Shown piece by piece: positions 54,851 to 64,000 of a stretch of DNA of 64,000 nucleotides (its first letter is position 1; each line of letters starts with the position of its first letter). Source of the DNA: Octopus vulgaris (Eukaryota); NCBI GenBank assembly GCA_951406725.2, contig OX597828.1, positions 52,142,001 through 52,206,000 of the forward strand. Direction: 5' to 3'. Below the pieces are notes generated by a model. That model was not told the DNA's origin, ran no database searches, and saw nothing but the letters and a program-made list of their open reading frames with translations. The position numbers and the translations under genes are program-made.

Positions 54851-55764
54851 TATATATATATACATAAATACTTAGATATAGTTACATGTATATGCACACT
54901 CACACACATACACTAATTTAAGTGTGTGTCGATATAAGTATGTATATATACGTTTGTTTGAGTGTATTTGTGTGTTAATGTGTGGGTGTATGTGTGCGTG
55001 TATGTGCGTGTATATGTGTGTATGCGTGTACTTTTACTGATAAACTTGATATGTCGCCGCCAGTCGTGTTCCCAGCTGCCGTATATACTGTATTTATAGC
55101 GTATAATTGCTGTATTATTAGAGTGTAGTGTAAAGACATCATCAGCCAGATTTCAGTATTCAAGGCAGGTGTCCGTTAAAGCCTGTTCTTGAGGGCAACT
55201 CTTCCAAACCAATTGTGGCCATCCTGACTGCTGGATACTGTCCATTCTCTGTTATGTCTGCGAGATATCGTGATAAGTGGTTATACATAACATACATGCA
55301 GAACATACATAGATACATATACATACATAAATACATATATATACATATATACGTACCTGTATACATAATATATATATATATATATATGTATATATATGAA
55401 CATACATACGTACTTACATACATACATACATACATACAAAGGTACAAGTAGATATATATATATATATATATATATACGTCTGTTTATTCATTTGTTTATA
55501 TATATCAGTCTTTCCCTCTTCCCCTGTCTCATTATATCCCTCCAAAGATTGTGAGAACATACACCACTACTAGTTAGATCGGTGTAAAGATATAGACACA
55601 AACACACATAGACACACACGCACAAACGCGCGTGCACACATACACATACATAAATATATATACATATATACATAATAATACACGCATTTATATGTGAGTG
55701 CATATATGTATATATGTATATATATATATATATAAATATATAATTATATATATATATACATGTA

Positions 55765-55810
<46 letters not shown>

Positions 55811-55908
55811 ACGGGAAGCTTTATGAAAATAAACAAAAGACGAAGGCAGGTGGAAAACAAACGAACAATTGTATTAGTATGGCGCTCAGGAAATATAAAT
55901 AAAACAAG

Positions 55909-55946
55909 TCTTTAACGTTTCGAGCCTACGCTCTTCAACAGAAAGA
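55909..55946 (-). ncRNA. Hammerhead-like motif in a (TA)n-adjacent cassette (55810-56026)
   Basis: TCTTT-CTGTTGA-a-GAGC-gtag-GCTC-GAAA-CG-TT-AAAGA; helices I and II pair fully, core position A6 is U. Confidence 0.55.
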
Positions 55947-56215
55947 TACACAGAGAGAGAAAAACACAGAAAGAAGGAGAGAAAAAAATGCGTGCAGTAG
56001 CTAACGAATCAACATGGCGATCTGATTTCGGCCAGAGGTCAAAGATCAAACATGACATAAATTTTCGTTTATTCCATGTTAAACCATGCCTTTTCTGACA
56101 GATAGGCCTCTTGATCAGAACACGTTTGTGCAAGTTTTCGTAAAGATCTTCGTTGATGCTTTTTTTTCCTTTTTATTTTATTTACATGTCTGTTAGATAG
56201 TTTCACATAACTTTA

Positions 56216-56293
<78 letters not shown>

Positions 56294-56927
56294 TATATAT
56301 GTATATATATACTTATACATATATATATATATGCATATATAAAATACAAAATGCACAGTTATATGTTGAGAATGCTACTAATAAAAATACTCGAAATATA
56401 ATACAGACTGGAGTTGTAGTACTCCAAATGAGCTATATTCCTCTTCTTAATTTGAGCGGAGGCAATTCGAGCAGGAACTAAAGGAACATCACTAAAATAC
56501 ACATTCAAAGATCAAATACATACATATATTCATGTATTCATTTATATCTACAGAACGGATATAAAATTCGACATATATAAATATAATAATATATATAAAT
56601 AGATAAAAATCATATAATATATATATAAATATATGAGAATCAGTGTTACATACAAAACACAGTGAATTTATGCTTAAAGTTATAAAACATTGGTATAATT
56701 AAAAGTTTAGGATAATAAAACATAAAAAGGACATATCAAAATTCCAGAAAACAAATACAGAAGAAAACAAAATTACAAAATTACATACACACACACACAC
56801 ATAGTATATATATATATATATATATATAGTTAATCCAAACAAGAAAACACAAAATAAACACAACAACGCGAGGACGTGGAACAAATATAGTATTATTGGA
56901 CGCTCAGGAAAGAAGGGAAGAAGGAGG

Positions 56928-56962
56928 GTTTAACGTTTCGAGCGGAACTCTTCGTCGGAAAC
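56928..56962 (-). ncRNA. Hammerhead-like motif in a related cassette (56828-57020)
   Basis: GTTT-CCGACGA-a-GAGT-tcc-GCTC-GAAA-CG-TT-AAAC; core position U4 is C. Confidence 0.55.
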
Positions 56963-57032
56963 TTAGGAGAAGGAAAGATCCCGAGAAGGGAAGACAGAGG
57001 AAAAAAAAATCGCCAACGGTACACACACACAT

Positions 57033-57097
<65 letters not shown>

Positions 57098-57098
<1 letters not shown>

Positions 57099-57560
57099 TA
57101 GCTGAATAGCCCCGTCGTTGCGGGATAACTTTTACAATAAAATATCTGACATAAATTTTCGTTTATTCCATGTTAAACCATGCCTTTTCTGACAGATAGG
57201 CCTCTTGATCAGAACACGTTTGTGCAAGTTTTCGTAAAGATCTTCGTTGATGCTTTTTTTTTCCTTTTTATTTTATTTACATGTCTGTTAGATCGTTTCA
57301 CATAACTTTATTCATTAAAACTTATTAAAACTTCAGAAGTTCTTACAACTTTGGTCGCAGTAATGCTTTACTTTCGTTTGTTTGTAAAAATTCCTCCTCC
57401 TAATGATTTTCTTTCCATTAGTGATAGACAGGTATCATGCAGAAAATGCCCGCTTCCAAATTCTGTTTTCTGATTAGGTAAATATGATTAAACTTTAAAA
57501 CTCAAGAATATTTTTCTGCAATTTTTCTGTAAGAAATAAATAACAAAATAATATTTTACG
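57098..57560 (-). mobile_element. Helitron-like 3' end attached to a repeat also present at 56053-56220
   Basis: aCTAG...CCCG-tcgttg-CGGG hairpin at 57098-57124; 57147-57315 duplicates 56053-56220. Right boundary is uncertain. Confidence 0.55.
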
Positions 57561-57819
57561 TGTCAAATACCAAATTTTAATGTCACAATTTGTGATAGCA
57601 ACAGAGAAGACCCTATATCGATCTCAGTGTTTGATGCTTAATTACTTTAATATTCCTCGGACAAATGCAAGAAGAAACCGACTTCGACGAGATTTGAACT
57701 CAGAATGGAAAGAGCTAGAAGAAATGCTTCTAAACATTTTGACCGATGCACTAAAGTTTATGGCAGCTCACCGCCTTTTATAACGACTACGACAAGAACA
57801 TAAACAACAACAGCAATAT

Positions 57820-58353
57820 GGAGGTGCAATGGCCCAGTGGTTAGGGCAGCGGATCGCGGTCGTACGAAAGCGGTTTCGATTCCCAGACCGGGCATTGTGA
57901 GTGTTTATTGAGCAAAAGCACCTAAGCTCCACGAGGCTCCGGAGGGAGTGGTGGTGAACCCCGCTGTATTCTTTCACCACTACTTTCTCCCACTCTTTCT
58001 TCCTACTTCAGCCGCAAAGCAGAGGAACCATGGTGTAACCCACTATGGTGTGGTAAACTTTCAGACCCTAGTCTAGATTGCGAATCCTCTGTACCCCAGG
58101 ATGGTTCAGCTCTCCACACGTTAAAAAAGCCACCGTTTACGGAATGAGGATAACAACGTAGCTTTCGCGCCCTTGCAACCACCAATCTATCGCGTGTGGT
58201 GGGTGGATCGTCAAGTTGCCATACGCATTCTTAGTAACTTAGAGTAGGGTCGAATTAGGGATAATTCTTAGTGGCTAATGGCGTGAGTCCTGATTGGAAG
58301 AAGAAGAAGAAGAAGAAGAAGAAGAAGAAGAAGAAGAAGAAGAAGAAGAAGAA
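57820..58353 (+). mobile_element. Group B SINE 5' part (57820-58004) followed by an unrelated segment ending in (GAA)n
   Basis: Head matches 62091; similarity stops at about 58004. Confidence 0.7.
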
Positions 58354-59310
58354 GACAACAGCAATAACAACAACAATCCCATGACTTCGTCGTATCTGGG
58401 AAGTGGCTGAGCCGTTGCTATGTCTTGCCAAAGGTTTGCCCGTAACAATACAGGGCACGGTCGTCAAGCCATGAGATATTCCCGAAATACCTGCATATCC
58501 ACTACAATACTTTGATCCACCCTTACAGACAGCAACTCGAATATAACGTCACAAAACATAACAGCAAATCAGTCTTAGTTAATCTGAATAACTAGAAAAT
58601 AGTTTTCAGAATTTTTACCAACATTAGCAGAATGATCTTATCAAAATTGATTTGGGTGTAACTTGGAAAGTAGAGAATATTAGTGATTTCTTCGTAATCT
58701 AACGATGTGTACCAAAATTAACCATAAGGCCGAATGAACGATACCGTGGTTCGGGTACTATGTGTTTCTGTTTACCTTACAAATGAGTAAAACAACACAT
58801 ACATACGTATTCATTGATGCACTCAAATACACACACACTGATACATACAGATTCAAACATATTGCTATATCGATATACAAGGGTAAGATCCAGGGATCCA
58901 AGTGTTGAAAATCGGTAACCTTCAAGTTATATATATATATATATTATATATATTATATATTGTATGCACACTCACGCACATTGAAGTAAATAAAATAATG
59001 ATCAAGAAACAAAAATAGTTAAAAATAATGTTGAGAGATTCTGATATATAGAATGATATAAAAACAGAATTAAAGGGAAAAAATAAAGGAATAAACTTTC
59101 TTTTTTAGAGAGAAAGAAAGAGAAAGAAGAAGGGAGAGTGAGAGATAGAGAGAGAGAGACAGACAGACAGATAGACAGATAGAAAGCAGGTAAAGTATCG
59201 AAGTGAGAAACGGATGGTGAGAGAGAAAGAGATACAGAGAGAATGTGAGGGAGAAAAACTGAGGATGACAAAAGTAAAGAAATGACTTAAAAGTGTATGC
59301 GTTGATGGAC

Positions 59311-59352
<42 letters not shown>

Positions 59353-59857
59353 GGGAGATAATATGAAAAACTGAAGTAGAGAGAAGCAGAAAGAGCGTAA
59401 AGTGATGAATGCATAGAAGCATCAAGAAATCCTGAAAGAGAAGGCATGACTGAGAGTAGGAGAAGGAATTCGAAAACCTACAGAAAGACAAGGGAGCTAA
59501 AAATCATAGAGTGAAATAATGTTATATAGAGAGTGGGAGAAGGGACAGAATAAAATATATATGCACAATCGGGAAAGTGCTTAGACATAAATTGTAAAGA
59601 GACTGAAACGGAGAATCGAGCATAGTGCAAATAAAAGTAAAAAGAAAGCAAGCGCAAAAAGCAAAACAAAATGGCCGCGACGTTAAGTGATAAGCCCCTC
59701 AGGACTCGAGATCCGTGGCTTCTTAAGCAGAATGCCTCCAGTTTCTTTTCACTGGTCAATACAAATGACAGCGTCTCAGGAAGAATATGATTTCATTTAT
59801 GACTTGATATGATTAAAAAGGCAAGAAGAATAAACAAACGGAAAGAAAAGAAACACG

Positions 59858-59882
59858 AATAATAATAATGATAATAATGATG

Positions 59883-59928
<46 letters not shown>

Positions 59929-59999
59929 TAACAATAACCATAACAATAACAACAACGACAATAATAATAATAACAGCAACAACTTCAACAATAGCAATG

Positions 60000-60069
<70 letters not shown>

Positions 60070-60095
60070 CAACAACAATGAAAATAATAATAATA
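59858..60095. repeat. (AAT)n/(AAC)n microsatellite
   Basis: Direct. Confidence 0.96.
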
Positions 60096-61020
60096 GTGCT
60101 AAGAATAATATGGAATAAAAGAAACATAAAGGAAAGCAAAATAAATAATGTGAGAATCATGGAGCATAGAGAGCATGCAATGGAGCAACCGACTGACCCC
60201 TCGGGGCCCCAATAGTGTTAGTACAGGTACATACAACAGCCAGAACGATTCGATTAAATGTGACGATTACCTATGAATTCTCTCGGCTTGCGTATATTGC
60301 TTTGCCTCTTAGTGAGACTCGCTTCCTGTATTGCAGCCATTGCGTTGCGTCCTTTGCATTATTTTGCCCTGGGGCTACTACAACCCTCCAAAGCAACAAC
60401 CTCACCGTTCCTCCGGGAGTTTTCTGCGCTCACCATTTATGTATTTGAGTAAATCATATTGAATTACCTCAATAGTAAGGAAGCGGCTTTCCGTACAGTC
60501 ATTGTAATGGAATATATATGATTCTATTCAAGTATCTTTACATTGTTGTTGTAGCTTTCTCACATGCATAGCGACAACCTCCGCGCCACATGCTCTCCCC
60601 CGCTTCTTCTTCGCCACGGTCGTCCCGCCGTTTCCACCGTTCCCACCGTTTCCACCGATCTGCCGTCCCTATTCTTTCCTATTGTCCCATCCCCACCTCA
60701 AAATTCCCACCCACCACTACCGACCCCCTGTGTAGATTCTTTTGCGCCATCGACGCCTTCACCACTGACAAAACTCCCACCACCACCACCACTTATGCAT
60801 TACAACCAACACAATGCCAACGATGACCACCACCAAAAACAAAGCAAAACCACCACCATAATCACAACCACCACTACCACCATCGCCACTACAACCACCA
60901 CCACCGCCACCACAACCACAACCACCACCGCCACCACGACAATCCAGACAATTACCATGACCTCAATTAATAATGTCACATCTATTATTATTATTATTGT
61001 TGTTGTTGTTATTATTATTG

Positions 61021-61066
<46 letters not shown>

Positions 61067-61070
61067 CATT

Positions 61071-61720
61071 AGGGCGGCGAGCTGGCAGAATTGTTAGCAC
61101 ACCGGGCAAAATGCTTTGCGGTTTTTCGTCAATCCTCACGTTCTGAGTTCAAATTCTGCCGAGGTTGATTTTGGTTTTCATTCTTTCGTGGACGATTAAA
61201 TAAGTACCAGTTATACACTGGAGTCGATGTAATTGACTTAATCTCTTCCCCAAAATTTGAGACCTTATGCTTCCAGTAGAAAGGATTATTATTATTTTTA
61301 TTATCATCATCATCATCATCATCATCATTGTTAGCATGCTAGGCAAAATGCTTAGCAGCATTTCATCCGTCCTTACTTTCTCAGTTCAAATTCCTCCGGG
61401 GTCAACTCTGCCTTTAATCCTTTCGGGGTCGATATAAAATAAGTACCAACTGTGTATTGAGTTCAATGTAATCGACTATCATCCTCCCCAAAATTTCAGC
61501 GTTTGTGCCTATAGTAGAAAGGATTATTATTATCATTATTATCATCTTCATCATTATGGATATTTTTAGCACACCGAGCAAAATGTTTAGCAGAATTTCG
61601 TCCCTCCTTACGTTCTGGGTTCAAATTCCGCCGAGATCGACTTTGCCTTTCATCCTTTCGATAAAATCGATTTAATCCCTTCTCCCAAATTTGAGGCCTT
61701 GTGCTTCCAGTAGAAAGGAT
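61071..61720 (+). mobile_element. Three consecutive group C SINEs (C1 tail) separated by (ATT)n(CAT)n
   Basis: Copies at about 61071-61286, 61328-61525 and 61566-61720, each ending AGTAGAAAGGATT. Confidence 0.85.
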
Positions 61721-62090
61721 TATGATTATTATTATTATTATCATCATCATCATCATCATCATCATTCATTCGTTGTATAAAATCACTACCAGTTTAAGTA
61801 CTGGTTCCATTGACTCAGCCCCAAATATGAGGCCCTATTATTGCAGACCGTATTTTTAAATGATTGCAATGAACAAATTAGGAAGTCTCAGCGTAGTTCT
61901 CCGACCTACAAGAAATATCAGCCAGATGTCCCTCAAATCACTTGAACTACTGAAGGACGCGTTGGATGATGTGACGTAGAAGCATCTAAATGAAAAGATG
62001 GTCCTAGCTGGAATACCTTTGATCATATACCTGCTCAGTCAGAGCTGACCTATGCTAAGCCACAACAGATGTAATGCTATTTCTGTTTAA

Positions 62091-62478
62091 GGAGGCGCAA
62101 TGGCCCCGTGGTTAGGGCAGCGGACTCGCGGTCATAGAATCGCGGTTTCGATTCCCAGACCGGGCGTTGTGAGTGTTTATTGAGCGAAAACACCTAAAGC
62201 TCCACGAGGCTCCGGCAGGGGATGGTGGTGATCCCTGCTGTACTCTTTCACCACAACTTTCTCTCACTCTTACTTCCTGTTTCTGTTGTACCTGTACTTC
62301 AAAGGGCCGGCCTTGTCACTCTCTGTGTCACGCTGAATATCCCCGAGAACTGCGTTAAGGGTACACGTGTCTGTGGAGTGCTCAGTCACTTACACGTTAA
62401 TTTCACGAGCAGGCTGTTCCGTTGATTCGGATCAACCGGAACCCTCATCGTCGTAACCGACGGAGTGCTTCCACTCCA
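62091..62478 (+). mobile_element. Full-length group B SINE with long 3' body
   Basis: GGAGGCGCAATGGCCCCGTGGTTAGG head; body AAGGGTACACGTGTCTGTGG shared with 63548-63845. Confidence 0.9.
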
Positions 62479-63001
62479 TTTCTGTTTAGCAATCTTAGTT
62501 TTATGGTTCATGTGGCTGAGGTCACCTTTGCCTTTCATTCTTCCCTGGGATCGATATAATGATTGGCAATCAAGTAGTAGCATCTATTTAATCGCCTCTG
62601 CTCTCCTTCCAAATGTTGCAGCTTTGGAATTTTGTTCGAAAGGCGTTGATAGCTTGGTGGATTAGCGGAATCGCCAGAACCTCGAGCCATAAATTCTAGG
62701 TATTGACGTCATGAGGCCAAATCCTGCTGCGGTCAAATTTTTAGCCTTTTAGCGTCTGAAAATATAGAGTACCAGTCATGTGCTAGGGTCGATGGTAGCG
62801 ACTAATCCCCTCCTGACCAAAATTATTGACCTCGTGTTTAAATTAGAAACAATAATTAAATGTGGCATTATTTTGATTTAAACATCTAAGTAATGAGTCC
62901 CATCTTGGTCATCTTTACATTTCATTCTCTACGGAATCCAAAACAAATTTAGAGGCGAATTGGCAGAGCGATTAAAGTGTATACTCAGAGTTCAAGTTCC
63001 C

Positions 63002-63436
63002 TATTTTTCACTGCCCACAAGGGGCTAAACACAGAGGGGACAAGCAAGGGCATACAAACAGATTAAGTCAATTATATCGACCCCAGTGCGTAACTGATAC
63101 TTAATTTATCGACCCCAAAAGGATAAAAGGCAAAGTCGACCTCGGCGGAATTTGAACTCAGAACGTAGTGGCAGACTAAATACCGCTAAGAATCGGTTAT
63201 CAAGCGATGTTGGGGGAACAAACACAGACACACAAACATATATACACACATGCATATATATATACATATATACGACGGGCTTCTTTCAGTTTCCGTCTAC
63301 TAAATCCACTCACAAGGCTTTGGTCGGCCCGAGGCTATAGTAGAAGACACTTGGCCAAGGTGTCACGCAGTGGGACTGAACCCGGAACCATGTGGTTGGT
63401 AAGCAAGCTACTTACCACACAGCCAATCCTACGCCT
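63002..63436 (-). mobile_element. Chimeric SINE: group A 5' half (63436-63192) fused to group C 3' part (63191-63002)
   Basis: Minus-strand junction AACCG-ATTCT-TAGCGGTATTT. Confidence 0.8.
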
Positions 63437-63547
63437 ATCAACTTTCTTAACAAATCATAATCTGCATCTGGTTAGATCCTGATTCTGTGGCCAAATACTT
63501 ATGGATCTTGTAGATTCTATATTTCTACTGATAGTGAAGGATTTGCT

Positions 63548-63845
63548 TGGAGGCACGTGGATCAGTGGTTAGGGTATTCGGCTCATGATCGTAAGGTTGT
63601 GTGTTCGGTACTCGGCGGTGCAGTGTGTTCTAGAGCAAGACAATCTATTTCACGTTGCACGAGTCTATTCAGATAGGAAACATGAGTTGTACCTGTCTTT
63701 CAAAGGGCCATAACTTGTCACATTGTATGTCAGACTGAATCTTCCTGAGCAATACCTTAAGGGTACACGTGTCTGTGGGGCGTTCAGCCAATTGCGCGTT
63801 AATTTCAAATCGGATCATCAGACGTCTTCGTCTTAACCGATAGGG
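63548..63845 (+). mobile_element. Diverged group B' SINE
   Basis: Head like 1066-1398, body like 62091-62478. Confidence 0.78.
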
Positions 63846-64000
63846 CCCAGTTAAAGATATAAAGATATGCTTATTATTATTGTTGCTTTTGGAAATGGTC
63901 ATATTGCCAGTTTAGCCAATAAAAACACACGCACTGTATATTTGGTGTTAATTTGCTTCAGCTTTATTTTATTTTTTACATTAATCGTATTTCGGCCAGA

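Noticed and set aside
59660-60460. Unique islands with Hox-like TTTATGAC and other short motifs
   Set aside because: Short matches are expected by chance in AT-rich DNA; no supporting structure.

Overview
Eukaryotic, AT-rich, microsatellite-saturated non-coding DNA with no recognisable intact host gene, rRNA, genuine tRNA or CRISPR array. Nearly all listed ORFs are translations of simple repeats. The SINE repertoire and simple-repeat density look like an octopus (coleoid cephalopod) intron or intergenic region (inference, no search run). Contents: three interspersed tRNA-headed SINE groups (about 25 copies, my labels A, B and C), decayed LINEs (RTE-BovB-like, two R4/Dong-like RLE fragments, a CR1/L2-group 3' end), Tc1/mariner derivatives, non-autonomous Helitron/Helentron-like pieces and a 24-bp minisatellite. 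The most interesting signal is a set of non-coding cassettes embedded in (TA)n tracts, often folded back on themselves, that carry minimal type I hammerhead-ribozyme motifs with varied cores. The best case is 37401-39042, a young 560-bp unit repeated head-to-tail and then inverted, with one hammerhead per complete unit (Penelope pseudo-LTR or retrozyme-like). Two probable SINE-LINE 3'-tail partnerships are also visible, one with a compensated stem-loop. Coordinates were read by eye and may be off by a few bases.
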